Shown here: positions 50,613-60,567 of the stretch, piece by piece
How the letters are laid out: each line of letters starts with the position of its first letter
Numbering within the stretch: position 1 is the stretch's first letter
Assembly (NCBI GenBank): GCA_040880105.1
Contig: JBBDJA010000030.1
Coordinates: 1 to 62,438 of the forward strand
Length of the DNA stretch: 62,438 nucleotides
Reading direction: 5' to 3'
DNA from: Waddliaceae bacterium
Lineage (GTDB): Bacteria; Chlamydiota; Chlamydiia; Chlamydiales; SLOH01
Notes under the pieces: model-generated
Databases searched by the model: none
What the model was told of the DNA's origin: nothing
Seen by the model: the letters and a program-made list of their open reading frames with translations, nothing else
Made by a program: the position numbers and the translations under genes

Positions 50613-51165
50613 TATTCAAAATGACTTCCTACCGGGCGGCGCCTTAGCTGTTAAGGAAGGAGATCTTGTGATTCCTATCGCAAATCAGCTCATGGAGAAG
50701 TTTGGGCACGTGATTGCAACCCAGGATTGGCATCCGAAAGGTCATAGCAGCTTTAAAGAGATATGGCCCGTGCACTGCGTTCAGGGAAGCCATGGCGCTG
50801 AATTTCCCGAAGCACTCCATACAGATCGAATCCATAAAGTGATAAGAAAAGGCGAAGACGCCGAGATAGATAGCTATAGCGCCTTTTTTGACAATGATCA
50901 AAAAACTGAAACCGGCCTTTTAGATTATCTGCGCGAGCAAAATATCGATGTGCTTTTTATCATGGGGCTTGCCACTGATTACTGCGTGAAATATACCGTC
51001 CTAGACGCCCTTGCTCAGGGAATTAAAGTCTATGTCATCGAAGATGGCTGCCGGGCAGTCAATCAAAATCGTGGCGATGGAGAAAAAGCGCTTAAAAAAA
51101 TGCGTCAAAAGGGCGCAAAATTAGTCCAAAGCTCAGAAAGGCGTTTTTCTCGTCCGCTATTATAA
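50590..51165 (+). CDS. pncA: Nicotinamidase/pyrazinamidase
   Basis: VDIQNDF, QDWHP, WPVHC, GLATDYCV. Confidence 0.95.
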   Translation: MKALLLVDIQNDFLPGGALAVKEGDLVIPIANQLMEKFGHVIATQDWHPKGHSSFKEIWPVHCVQGSHGAEFPEALHTDRIHKVIRKGEDAEIDSYSAFFDNDQKTETGLLDYLREQNIDVLFIMGLATDYCVKYTVLDALAQGIKVYVIEDGCRAVNQNRGDGEKALKKMRQKGAKLVQSSERRFSRPLL

Positions 51166-51656
51166 CTATAAGACTCATACCGCATCGGGCTTTTCTCATG
51201 GAAACGTTGGTGATAGCTTTCCGCAGGGTAAAATTTCATTGCAGGTAATATTTGAACTAAGACATGATCGAACTTGTTTGAGTCGATGAGGATTTGTTTA
51301 TACCGCATTGCCAACTCCTGTTGCTGATCATTATGGTAGAAAATAATCGGGCGATACTGCTTCCCAATATCGCAAAACTGCCCATCATCACGCGTCGGGT
51401 CGATTCTATAGAAATACTCTTTCAGTAGCTCTTCATAGGTTACGACCTTAGGATCAAATGAGATTTCTACCGCCTCCACATGGTTTGTTCTACCGGAGCA
51501 TACATCTTCATAAGACGGATCGATTTCATCTCCCCCCGTATAGCCGGAAGTGGTACTGACCACCCCTTTGATCCGGTCGAATGCATGTTCTACACACCAA
51601 AAGCAGCCGCCGGCAAAAGTTGCAACCCCATGCTGTATTTCTTTATTGTGATTCAT
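51105..51656 (-). CDS. msrA: Peptide methionine sulfoxide reductase A
   Basis: GGCFWC, GYTGG, AESYHQ. Confidence 0.95.
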   Translation of the reverse strand: MNHNKEIQHGVATFAGGCFWCVEHAFDRIKGVVSTTSGYTGGDEIDPSYEDVCSGRTNHVEAVEISFDPKVVTYEELLKEYFYRIDPTRDDGQFCDIGKQYRPIIFYHNDQQQELAMRYKQILIDSNKFDHVLVQILPAMKFYPAESYHQRFHEKSPMRYESYSYNSGREKRLSELWTNFAPF

Positions 51657-51771
51657 CTTGCTGCCCCCAAGGTTTTTCTTGTCTTTTTTCTGTTGAGAAG
51701 AGAGGATTCAGATGACTGTTGCATATACCAAATAGAGCTATTTGTCAAAGTTAGAAACAAAGGATCGAAAG

Positions 51772-52104
51772 ATGCAATCACAAGACGTGAGTCGAAAGGA
51801 ATCGAGAAGTTTTGCTATATCATGGACAATCATTTATCTAGCACTCAGCCTACTTGCCATTTGGACTTATATTTTTCCCTTTGCGACCACAAGGACAAAC
51901 GGCGCGCCGTACTCAACGTTTTGGCCCCATACAATACTGATCTTGATTGTTGTATTCTCTCTATTTATTTCGATAATTGAGATGTGGAGACGGTATTTCA
52001 CCCGTCAATATAGAGCGGTAAGAAACGCTCGAAATCTAGCGTTTTATGTTATTCTTTTTATCTACCCCATTGGGATCCTCTTGAATCTTATGTTCGCAAC
52101 GTAA
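51772..52104 (+). CDS. Hypothetical 3-TM membrane protein
   Basis: Three hydrophobic segments. Confidence 0.6.
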   Translation: MQSQDVSRKESRSFAISWTIIYLALSLLAIWTYIFPFATTRTNGAPYSTFWPHTILILIVVFSLFISIIEMWRRYFTRQYRAVRNARNLAFYVILFIYPIGILLNLMFAT

Positions 52105-52423
52105 GGGACCCCGAAATTCGCGATTCTGCTCTTTAATCCTTCTCGTATCAAAATTTACCCCATAATCCGAAGTCTTTACTTTTTCTTTATTTTTACACAT
52201 GAACATGCAGATTTTATGCCATATAGCTCGAAAATAAATAAAATAAGCACACTCTAGGTATATTATCAGACGTTTAATAATTAATGTATTTTTATTTAAA
52301 AAAAGTACTATAATGAAACTAGAAGGTTTAAGTATATCAATATTTATTCTAATTTATATCTAATATACATATTTAGTGAATTCGATGTGCTTGAATTGTT
52401 ATCCATAAATAAATGGAGGTTTT

Positions 52424-53032
52424 ATGTTTAAAAATAAAATAATAATATTATTTTCTTTCTTTGTATTAACTGTTTTTGCAACGGGTACTGTTTTTGCAGG
52501 CCCATTTTTTAACTCAAATCTTGCTCAGACTAACCAAGTCGAACATAAAGACGATTGGCATTTGGAAGATTGGGATATGGATGATCGACATGAAGAGGAT
52601 AAGGGCGATCATGACATGATCAAAGATGATGATAAAGACGTTAAAACCGGTACTGTGATGGCAGTAGGTGAAGAGAGCGAATCTTTTCCGGTTCGAGTCG
52701 ATGTTAAACCAGGTGATGAGTTTAACGAGATCAATCTCGCACATGATAAAACAATACAAGTGATTGTGTTTGGATCAAGCGATCTAGATGCAAGCAATGT
52801 AGATCATGACTCAATAACCTTAAATGGCGTCAAGCATGATGGAGATGTAGAAGTTGCAGATCATAACAATGATGGAATTGCAGATCTAGTGCTCACATTT
52901 TCCACCGAAGGTTTGGACCTAAATGAGGGAATCAATGGTATGACAGTGACAGGAGAAACTAAAGACGGCAAGACTTTTGAAGGTAGCGATCGGGTAATGG
53001 TCGGTACTGATAATGAGATGCTCTTTGGATAA
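52424..53032 (+). CDS. Secreted acidic protein with DxNxDG Ca-binding-like motif
   Basis: Signal peptide; Asp/His-rich; DVKPG..IN, DHNNDGIADL, FEGSD. Confidence 0.7.
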   Translation: MFKNKIIILFSFFVLTVFATGTVFAGPFFNSNLAQTNQVEHKDDWHLEDWDMDDRHEEDKGDHDMIKDDDKDVKTGTVMAVGEESESFPVRVDVKPGDEFNEINLAHDKTIQVIVFGSSDLDASNVDHDSITLNGVKHDGDVEVADHNNDGIADLVLTFSTEGLDLNEGINGMTVTGETKDGKTFEGSDRVMVGTDNEMLFG

Positions 53033-53053
53033 ACTAAAAACTCTCCTGAAAAA

Positions 53054-53076
53054 ATCCCGGGCAATCTGCCCGGGAT
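53054..53076. terminator. Intrinsic terminator between convergent genes
   Basis: atcccgggca-atc-tgcccgggat. Confidence 0.7.
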
Positions 53077-53091
53077 ACTATTTACAAACAG

Positions 53092-53709
53092 TTAGTAGTT
53101 TGCATTCGAACGTTGCTGACGTGATCCACGGTTTGATTGAGATTGTTGGTTAACATTGATTTCGTTGTGTACATTTTTAACACCCGAAATTTCTTTTACT
53201 TTCTCTTCAATTTGATTTTTGTCTTCTTGTGATTGAACAGTTCCGGAGAGTGTGACTGTACCGTTGAAGATTTTGATTTGAACATTTTGGTATCTATTGT
53301 CTTCAGCCCAGCCGCCTTTCACTTGATCTGTCACTTTTTGACCTAATGCAACATCATCTTGCTCTTCGCCGTTTTGATCTCCGTTGCCGTTTTGATCAAA
53401 CCATCCGTTGTTGTTTCCATTTTGATCCCACTGACCGTTGCCATTTTGATCCCACTGACCATTTCCGTTTTGCTGCCACTGACCATTTCGTTCCGCGCGG
53501 TTCATTTGTCTCATTGAGCGTCTATCGCTACGTCTTGCACGTCGACTATCTTGACGGTAAGATCTTTGATTATCATTTTGATAATATTCACCTTGAACGC
53601 TTTGATCTTGGTATCTCATATTTGCACCGCAGCTACCGCTTGGGCAATACGCACTTAAAGAAGCAGTTGCAACAGTTAGTACACATACTGTAAGTAGTTT
53701 GAATTTCAT
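53092..53709 (-). CDS. BON domain protein with Q/N/G repeats
   Basis: Signal peptide, QNGNGQWD repeats, GTVTLSGTV...GVKNVHNEI. Confidence 0.85.
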   Translation of the reverse strand: MKFKLLTVCVLTVATASLSAYCPSGSCGANMRYQDQSVQGEYYQNDNQRSYRQDSRRARRSDRRSMRQMNRAERNGQWQQNGNGQWDQNGNGQWDQNGNNNGWFDQNGNGDQNGEEQDDVALGQKVTDQVKGGWAEDNRYQNVQIKIFNGTVTLSGTVQSQEDKNQIEEKVKEISGVKNVHNEINVNQQSQSNRGSRQQRSNANY

Positions 53710-53758
53710 GTTTATTCCTCAATTTTTGGGGTTTTTAAAATTTTTTGATTACATTTTC

Positions 53759-53786
53759 ATAGTAACAATTTGGAACTACAATGCAA
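53759..53786 (-). promoter_or_regulatory. Sigma70-like promoter of BON gene 1
   Basis: TTGCAT-N16-TACTAT. Confidence 0.5.
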
Positions 53787-53828
53787 TCCTTTTTTTTGAA
53801 ATTATGAATACAGTTGAGAGGGAAAAAA

Positions 53829-53855
53829 AAGGGTGCGAGTAAGACCCGCACCCTT
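53829..53855 (-). terminator. Intrinsic terminator of BON gene 2
   Basis: aagggtgcg/cgcaccctt stem with minus-strand U tract. Confidence 0.75.
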
Positions 53856-53862
53856 AGTCGTT

Positions 53863-54789
53863 TTAGTAGTTAGAGCGCATTTGATTTTGTGAACGGCTGT
53901 CATGTTGACGCATGCCGTCATTTCGCTGTTGTGAATGATCAGCGCGATCAGAGTGAGCTGCATCTCTCACTTCAACGTTAATTCTTACGTTACGAACGCC
54001 TGAGATTTTTTTCACTTTCTTTTCTAAGTCTTTGCTGTCGCTTTTTGAATCAACAGTTCCGCTTAGCACTACTGCGCCATTTGACACTTCTACATGGACG
54101 TCTTGGTATTTATTTGAAAACCAGCCGCCTGAAAGTTCATCTCTTACTCTCTTCTCGATTTCACTATCGCTAAGTTGACGCCCATCATGAGCCTTAGCAT
54201 CTTTTTGACTTCTTACGTCTCTTCTTTCTGATCGATCATAACGATGGTCACGTCTGTCGCTTCCATTTCGATCATACCAGCTATTTCCATTTGCTTTGCT
54301 GTCGTCTCCGTTACCATTCCACCAGCTATTGCTATCTCGGTTACGTTGGCTTGTTTCATCGTTATTTCCATTTATCAAGCCATTTCCGTTCCCGTTTCCA
54401 TTAACGTCATCTCCATTGATCAATCCATTTCCGTTCCCGTTTCCGTTAACGTCATCTCCGTTCATCCAGCCATTACCATTTCCGTTAACGTCATCTCCGT
54501 TCATCCAGCCATTATCTTGGCTTCTAGCACGTCTGTCATCTCTTAGACCACGTCTATCATTTCTATAATCCCGACGATTATATTCATCATTGTACGATTG
54601 GCCACGGACTGCTGGTTGCTGGTAGTACCGAGCTTCTGGTTGCTGGTAGTACCGAGCTTCTGGTTGCTGGTAGTAACGACCTTGTTGTCTGACATTGTAC
54701 TGTTTGCCACTTACGCAAGTTGGGCAATAAGCGCTTAAAGATGCAGTAGCTAATGTGATCACACATGCTGATAGTAGTTTGATTTTCAT
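53863..54789 (-). CDS. BON domain protein with low-complexity repeats
   Basis: RYYQQP x3, NGDDVNGNG repeats, GAVVLSGTV...GVRNV. Confidence 0.85.
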   Translation of the reverse strand: MKIKLLSACVITLATASLSAYCPTCVSGKQYNVRQQGRYYQQPEARYYQQPEARYYQQPAVRGQSYNDEYNRRDYRNDRRGLRDDRRARSQDNGWMNGDDVNGNGNGWMNGDDVNGNGNGNGLINGDDVNGNGNGNGLINGNNDETSQRNRDSNSWWNGNGDDSKANGNSWYDRNGSDRRDHRYDRSERRDVRSQKDAKAHDGRQLSDSEIEKRVRDELSGGWFSNKYQDVHVEVSNGAVVLSGTVDSKSDSKDLEKKVKKISGVRNVRINVEVRDAAHSDRADHSQQRNDGMRQHDSRSQNQMRSNY

Positions 54790-54856
54790 AAGTTCCTCCT
54801 CAAGAGTTGAAAAATGTTAGAACCTGATGCATTTTCAGGTTCATCTTGTAAACATC

Positions 54857-54884
54857 ATCTTATCTATTCCGACCTTGTATGCAA
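54857..54884 (-). promoter_or_regulatory. Sigma70-like promoter of BON gene 2
   Basis: TTGCAT-N16-TAAGAT. Confidence 0.5.
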
Positions 54885-55025
54885 TTATTTTTTTAATTAT
54901 TTTTATCTAATTGACATTCATAGGTTTAGGGAGAGGGTTTTCTGTTTTGATCTTAAGTGCCTTAAGCCCAATTCATCGCGCGCAGCTCTCTTAGGGTGTT
55001 AGTATGAATTTTAGTTGTTGTTAAT

Positions 55026-55208
55026 TTATTTTTGCTGAAATAAGAAAGCAGAAAGGGTTCCTGTAATTAAAAAAACAATTAAACTAATCCAAATAGGCAC
55101 CTCGAACCCCTCAATACTAAACTGAATTGGGAAGAACAGTCGTAGGAGATGGAAAAGGGCGATCGTTAGTAAAATAATCCCTGCAAAAAAATTGACCGTG
55201 TAGCGCAT
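55026..55208 (-). CDS. Small 2-TM membrane protein
   Basis: ggagg RBS; HLLRL...I.G..VP.W.S. Confidence 0.6.
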   Translation of the reverse strand: MRYTVNFFAGIILLTIALFHLLRLFFPIQFSIEGFEVPIWISLIVFLITGTLSAFLFQQK

Positions 55209-55249
55209 AATATCCTCCAAATTCAAGACTATAGCAAGTGACGAAATAA

Positions 55250-56023
55250 ATGTGGACAAAGAGAGATAATGACGTGGTTCTGTGGGTAAAAGTGATCCCT
55301 AATGCCAAGAGTAGTCAGTTTATGGGTTATGAAGCTGGCAAGCTTAAAATTCGCCTTAATGCCAATCCGGAGAAAGGGGAGGCAAATGCAGAATTGATCC
55401 ATTTTCTTTCCAAAGCCCTCGGCTGTACAAAGGTTCAAGTTGAGATTCTCTCCGGTCAAACCAGTCGCCATAAGAAGCTCTTAATACGTGATTATCAGAC
55501 TAGTCAACTGGAGGCTATTTTTGGGACCCCGCCTCTCTTAGAAACGAGTCGTTTGATAATAAGGCGTTATGTCACGAGTGATATTGATCATCTCCATCGA
55601 ATTTTTTCAGACCCTATAGCGATGCGGTACTATCCGAAGCCATTCACCCTTGAAGAGTCGCGTAATTGGCTTACTCGCTTTATCTCAGATTTTGACCTAT
55701 ATGGCATGGCGCATTGCTGCTGTTTCCTGAAGACAGGGGAGTTTGTCGGCACTTGCGGACTCATCTATCGCCCGAACTTTGAGGGTCAAGACGAGGTTGA
55801 GATTGGTTATCTTTTTCTTCCAGCCTACTGGGGCAAAGGGCTTGCAACAGAGGCCGCAATGGCTTTTCGGGACTATGCGCTTGGGTCCCTTGCAAAAAAG
55901 CGAGTGATCTCTTTGATTCGCCCGGAGAACATCCCCTCGATAAAAGTTGCCGAAAGGTTAGGATTTCGTCCTGAAAAGCAGATAATGTATAAAGGAATCA
56001 CACATATCGTTTACACATCTTGA
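55250..56023 (+). CDS. DUF167 (YggU) - RimJ/RimL GNAT fusion
   Basis: V.V.PNAK, P.KG.AN..L, GQTSRHK; then LETSRL, EIGY, YWGKGLATEAA, N..S..VAERLGF. Confidence 0.85.
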   Translation: MWTKRDNDVVLWVKVIPNAKSSQFMGYEAGKLKIRLNANPEKGEANAELIHFLSKALGCTKVQVEILSGQTSRHKKLLIRDYQTSQLEAIFGTPPLLETSRLIIRRYVTSDIDHLHRIFSDPIAMRYYPKPFTLEESRNWLTRFISDFDLYGMAHCCCFLKTGEFVGTCGLIYRPNFEGQDEVEIGYLFLPAYWGKGLATEAAMAFRDYALGSLAKKRVISLIRPENIPSIKVAERLGFRPEKQIMYKGITHIVYTS

Positions 56024-56057
56024 CTAACGAGCGATTTTTTTGTATTCTATACACCTA

Positions 56058-56130
56058 GGGGCAATAGCTCAGTGGTTAGAGCAACGGACTCATAACCCGT
56101 CGGTCCCCGGTTCAAGTCCGGGTTGCCCCA
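56058..56130 (+). tRNA. tRNA with CAT anticodon (probably Ile2; elongator Met not excluded)
   Basis: GGGGCAA/TTGCCCC acceptor stem, TAGCTCAGTGGTTAGAGC, CTCATAA loop, GGTTCAAGTCC. Confidence 0.93.
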
Positions 56131-56289
56131 TTCTTTCATATTAGACCTCATGATCATGATTTAACTTGATTCGGCATCACCCATTAGGTTGTAATCTTCC
56201 CTCGCGGAGCAATGGCGGTGCAACGAAGAAAAGCCTTACCAGCACCAGCTAGCCGCTTAAACCAAAAATCCTAAACAAAGAGGTTTAAG

Positions 56290-56560
56290 ATGGCATCTAT
56301 TCAACAAAGAATTAATAAGAATGGTACCAAAGTTTGGCGTGCTATTTTAGGGATCAAGGGTTATCCTACGGTTTGTGATCATTTTGATCACAAGCAAGGG
56401 GGTTAGGATTGGTCAAGCGGATACTGAACGGCAAATCAAGCTTGGTAAGTACAATTTGGCTAAGAATTCGCATAAGAATACTATCTGTTGACCTGATCGA
56501 TCGCTATATCAGCGATGGGGCCGCTCGAGCACCATAAAGCTGCCAAAGACATGAGGTGGC
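56290..56560 (+). pseudogene. Tyrosine integrase N-terminal remnant
   Basis: MASIQQRINKNGTKVWRAILGIKGYPT...; frameshifts and stops. Confidence 0.65.
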
Positions 56561-56706
56561 ATTTAGAATATGTGTTTCATCAGACCGGTTTATATGATTT
56601 TTTCGTTTGCGCAATAACTGGCAGTCCTCTCTTGAACTAAATGTAAACAAAAGTGAAAATAGCACTTTGCTAAAATCTTCCCGAACTTTGAACGGAAACG
56701 CATTCA

Positions 56707-58179
56707 ATGACTTCAACTAACATAGAAAACCTGATACAGACGCTATGTAAACAGCCTAGAGAAAGCGAATGGTTCGAGTTTAAAAGTAATCGGTTAGAAC
56801 CCGAAGAAATTGGAGAATACATTTCAGCTCTGTCAAATTCTGCAACTCTTAATGGCAAACCCACAGCATACATGATTTGGGGAATCGAAGATCAATCCCA
56901 CAACGTTCTTGGCACTACCTTTAGCCCAAAGACAATGAAGGCTGGAAATAAACAAAAAAACAGTAACCAAGAACTAGAGAGCTGGCTACTTCTTCAAATG
57001 AACCCTCAACTCGAATTTCAATTTATAGAAGGGGATGTCAAAGGAAAACGAGTTGTGGTACTCGAAATTCAGCCTGCTCGTACTTACCCAGTGCGTTTCA
57101 AAAACACAGCTTTTATACGAGTTGGTTCATACAAAAAGAAGCTTCACGATTTTCCCGAAAAAGAGCGTCGTCTTTGGGATCTACTGGGTGTCAATACGTT
57201 TGAGAAAGCCTTCTGCAAGCAGCAGTTGTCTGCGGAGCAACTGCTTGCTATAATTAACTACGGTTCGTATTTTAAGCTTCTAGGAGAACCGGTACCCACC
57301 AGCCAAGCTACAATCCTACAAAAGTTGTGTTCCGATCAGCTTACCATTCAGAATGAATCTGGTGATTACTCAATCACTAATCTTGGTGGTGTGCTATTTG
57401 CAAATGACTTGGTGTTGATACCTGGCCTGAAACGGAAAGCATTACGAGTGATCAAATACAAGGGAACAAATCGAGTCGAAACGGTAAAAGAGCACTGCTT
57501 TTCGAAGGGCTATGGCGTGATCTTTGAAGATGCAATTGAATATATCAACGCCTGGTTACCTAGCAATGAAGAAATTCAGACAGCTCTGAGAAGGGACGTA
57601 AGAGTTTATCCGGAAATTGCTGTTCGTGAATTGGTAGCCAATGCACTAATCCACCAAGACTTCGGTATTTCAGGCGCTGGGCCAATGGTAGAAATTTTTG
57701 AAAATCGTCTAGAAATCACTAACCCTGGCCGTCCACTAGTTAATACCTTGCGGTTTATAGACGAGCCTCCTGTCTCCCGTAATGAGGACATGGCTGCGTT
57801 AATGCGAAGAATGCACATTTGCGAGGAAAGGGGAAGCGGTATCGATAAAGTTATTTTTCAAATAGAGTTATTTCAGTTGCCACCACCAGACTTTCGGTCA
57901 ACGGAGTCGAGCACGATAGCTGTCTTGTTTAGCCCCATGAGGATAAATGAACTTGGAAAAGAAGAGAAGATCCGGGCCTGCTATCAACACGCTTGTTTAC
58001 AATGGGTGTCTGGCACGCAAGTGTCCAATGCAAGTCTCCGCAAGAGACTGGGAATTAAGGATAAAAATTACCCCTTAGCATCAAGAATTATTAAAGATTC
58101 CATAGAAGCACAGCTAATTAAACCTTATGGTGATGCCACTGCAAAAAAGACTGCCAGATATGTTCCGTTCTGGGCCTAA
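56707..58179 (+). CDS. AlbA_2/Schlafen domain + HATPase_c_4 (RecG C-terminal-like) protein
   Basis: ESEWFEFK, ISALSN, WGIED, RELVANALIHQD, NPG, EERGSGI. Confidence 0.88.
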   Translation: MTSTNIENLIQTLCKQPRESEWFEFKSNRLEPEEIGEYISALSNSATLNGKPTAYMIWGIEDQSHNVLGTTFSPKTMKAGNKQKNSNQELESWLLLQMNPQLEFQFIEGDVKGKRVVVLEIQPARTYPVRFKNTAFIRVGSYKKKLHDFPEKERRLWDLLGVNTFEKAFCKQQLSAEQLLAIINYGSYFKLLGEPVPTSQATILQKLCSDQLTIQNESGDYSITNLGGVLFANDLVLIPGLKRKALRVIKYKGTNRVETVKEHCFSKGYGVIFEDAIEYINAWLPSNEEIQTALRRDVRVYPEIAVRELVANALIHQDFGISGAGPMVEIFENRLEITNPGRPLVNTLRFIDEPPVSRNEDMAALMRRMHICEERGSGIDKVIFQIELFQLPPPDFRSTESSTIAVLFSPMRINELGKEEKIRACYQHACLQWVSGTQVSNASLRKRLGIKDKNYPLASRIIKDSIEAQLIKPYGDATAKKTARYVPFWA

Positions 58180-58725
58180 TTTATGTAACACGATGTAATC
58201 CATAGCCTTCATAACTTCAATTTTGCCGCTTTTAAGGCTGAAATTGACCATTTGGAGCTGGTTTTTATGTAACAGTAATAAGATTTTTCCTTTTCTTCGT
58301 AGCAGAACACACGGTGCACTGGCGGTGCAACGGTGCAACAATTCTGCCATAATCAACCCGCAAAAACCAATAGCAATCAATCTTTAACTCTTTTATATTC
58401 ATAGCGGTTGGGTCGATACCAATAGGTATTTATTTGATGTGGTCTAGGTGTTTTCAAGGAAAATACCAAAATAACAATTTTGTCCGCGGAATACCTTTTC
58501 TTACATTTGTCATCGTGTTTTTTTCGTTGCTTGTTTGTCTAGAATTGGGGTTTGAATCCTTCCTGTGGTTTGTCCTTAAGTGAATCAGCAAGAGCATCTC
58601 TTTGCTGTGTTCAAAAAGAAGCGCAAATTTTAAGGTTTTTAGACTCTACATATCGAGAAGTCATTGTATGAGATAATTTTCACGAAAAAGGGTTTATCAT
58701 CAAAAGTTAGTTGAAAGGCTTTCTA

Positions 58726-58893
58726 GGCACAGAAACACCAAAAGGAGAAATAGGTTCTGTCTATCAGAAGATTGTAGATTTTCATCGACCTTTGGAGGAA
58801 TAAGGTGGAGTCACTTCCCATAACGAAAGGAACAATTCACTATTCTAAAGGCTCATATTGTCACAAGAGAGTCCCAATGCTAAAATATGGTAA
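58726..58893 (+). pseudogene. Polymorphic toxin C-terminal remnant (Ntox50-like)
   Basis: KIVDF ... TKGTIHYSKG / AHIV across frameshifts. Confidence 0.5.
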
Positions 58894-58896
58894 TAT

Positions 58897-59238
58897 ATGA
58901 ATACTGCACCTAATTTAAACGATATTTCAGATCTTGTTTTTTACACAAATCGCGCTCTTCAATGTGAAGTTAGACCTAATATGAGAAAGGTTTCTGTTGA
59001 ATATATTGAGAATGAAAAGAGATGTATTCTCTATTTATATTATGACAAACCTTTGACAGAGGATGAACTGGACTATGATGTGGCAGGGACGATTATAGCA
59101 GAGATAAGCAGTAATTTCCCGAATTCCATAGATATAAAATGGGAAGATAAGATTGTTGTACTTCCATATCCCAATCAACTCCCTAATGAAGGTGTTTGTA
59201 TATACCGTCGGTATGAGCCATCTTCGGGTTTTGAATAG
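58897..59238 (+). CDS. Putative immunity protein
   Basis: Small acidic protein directly after the toxin remnant. Confidence 0.55.
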   Translation: MNTAPNLNDISDLVFYTNRALQCEVRPNMRKVSVEYIENEKRCILYLYYDKPLTEDELDYDVAGTIIAEISSNFPNSIDIKWEDKIVVLPYPNQLPNEGVCIYRRYEPSSGFE

Positions 59239-59343
59239 ATTCAGGTGCACTATCGGCTGTAATTCCTGAAATGTTGATGGAATGGGCTAAAGAGGTGGGT
59301 ATGAATTGACCTATTGATCTTCATATTTGTAGTGGGCAACTTA

Positions 59344-59982
59344 TCAAGATTCGCAGTCGATATCTAAGAGAGATTTGATTAGTGCCTCTGTCAGCCATTT
59401 TTCATACTCATCTGATGACCATCCTCTTTCCATTACTAGCATTCGGTATGTATCACGACCTGTTAGTGTCCATAGGATATCGCGCGCTTTTGTGAGGGTT
59501 AGTTTTTTAGCTAGAAATTTTGCCCCCATCATTTGTTTAACATATTCACCCTGTCTGTCATATCGCCGAGTTTCTCTTTCCTGTTCGAGCTCCCTAAACT
59601 CTGGCGCTACTACAGAGGCACTTCGCAAAATGTCCATCAATTCTTTTTCAGCATCGTAGATTTGGCGAGCCATCTTTGCCGTTATATTTAGGCGTTTCTT
59701 CGCAGACTTTTCTTTCATAGAGTGTTCCGCAAGTGCTGCAAATTGTTCTGGTGGCAGGGCATCATCAATCAAGGATTGTAACACTCCTCGCTTAGACTTA
59801 AAAATGGCATAAATCGTTGGCATAGAAACTTTAGCCACTTTTGCTAACCTGTTTATTGTAACGCGGTCGAACCCTTCAGTTTGAAAGAGTTCCTTTGCCG
59901 CCTCAAGAATACGGGATCTGGTCTGAGTTGCCTGTGTGTCCCTAGTATCAGAAAAGTAGGTTCTTTTTTTCTCTCGATTCAT
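59344..59982 (-). CDS. TetR family regulator
   Basis: ILEAAKELF..GF...T...A..A.VS..TIY..F.SK. Confidence 0.92.
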   Translation of the reverse strand: MNREKKRTYFSDTRDTQATQTRSRILEAAKELFQTEGFDRVTINRLAKVAKVSMPTIYAIFKSKRGVLQSLIDDALPPEQFAALAEHSMKEKSAKKRLNITAKMARQIYDAEKELMDILRSASVVAPEFRELEQERETRRYDRQGEYVKQMMGAKFLAKKLTLTKARDILWTLTGRDTYRMLVMERGWSSDEYEKWLTEALIKSLLDIDCES

Positions 59983-60004
59983 ATTAGGTATACCTTGCTG
60001 TAAT

Positions 60005-60036
60005 CAATATAGTATACTATAGTGTATTCTGTATTG
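60005..60036. promoter_or_regulatory. Candidate TetR operator
   Basis: Perfect palindrome tatagtatactata (60008-60021) between divergent genes. Confidence 0.6.
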
Positions 60037-60090
60037 GATATATCATGCTATATTTAATTTTAAATGTCAAAAATAAACAAGGAGATTATC

Positions 60091-60459
60091 ATGGAAACAA
60101 AAAACGTAGGATTGGCCGAAGAGTATTACAAGCTCGTTGGAGAAAAGAATGCAGAAGAAGTCAAAAAATTTCTCCACCCTAGTGTGGAATTCTTTGGCCC
60201 TTTGGCAAAATTAAAGGGAAGAGAAGCAGTCCTTGAAGCTACCTGTAACTTTATGAACATGTTTAAGTCGCTTAAAATACGCGCCAAGTTTGGAGCAGGA
60301 GAGCAGGCGATGATTGTTTATGATGTAGATATTCCTGGAATAATGGAAGCCTTCCCAGGCGCATCATTGCTTACTTTTCGAGATGGACAGGTTGTCAGAA
60401 TTGAGTTGTTTTATGATGGGAGTCGTTTCGTAGAGAAAAAAGAGGAAATTTTCTCATAG
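60091..60459 (+). CDS. SnoaL/NTF2-like protein
   Basis: LHP.V.F.GP, GREAV, DGQVVRI; aggag RBS. Confidence 0.8.
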   Translation: METKNVGLAEEYYKLVGEKNAEEVKKFLHPSVEFFGPLAKLKGREAVLEATCNFMNMFKSLKIRAKFGAGEQAMIVYDVDIPGIMEAFPGASLLTFRDGQVVRIELFYDGSRFVEKKEEIFS

Positions 60460-60567
60460 AGTCATAGAATATAATGTAATACAGGTACCCACTTGTGTTA
60501 ACTGGGTATCTGTGTAACATTTAGGGTATGAGAAAATCGAATATTTTGCCAAAAAACCAGTTTTTAC

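Noticed and set aside
54380..54680. DNA tandem repeats as a non-coding array
   Set aside because: In-frame coding repeats of the BON protein
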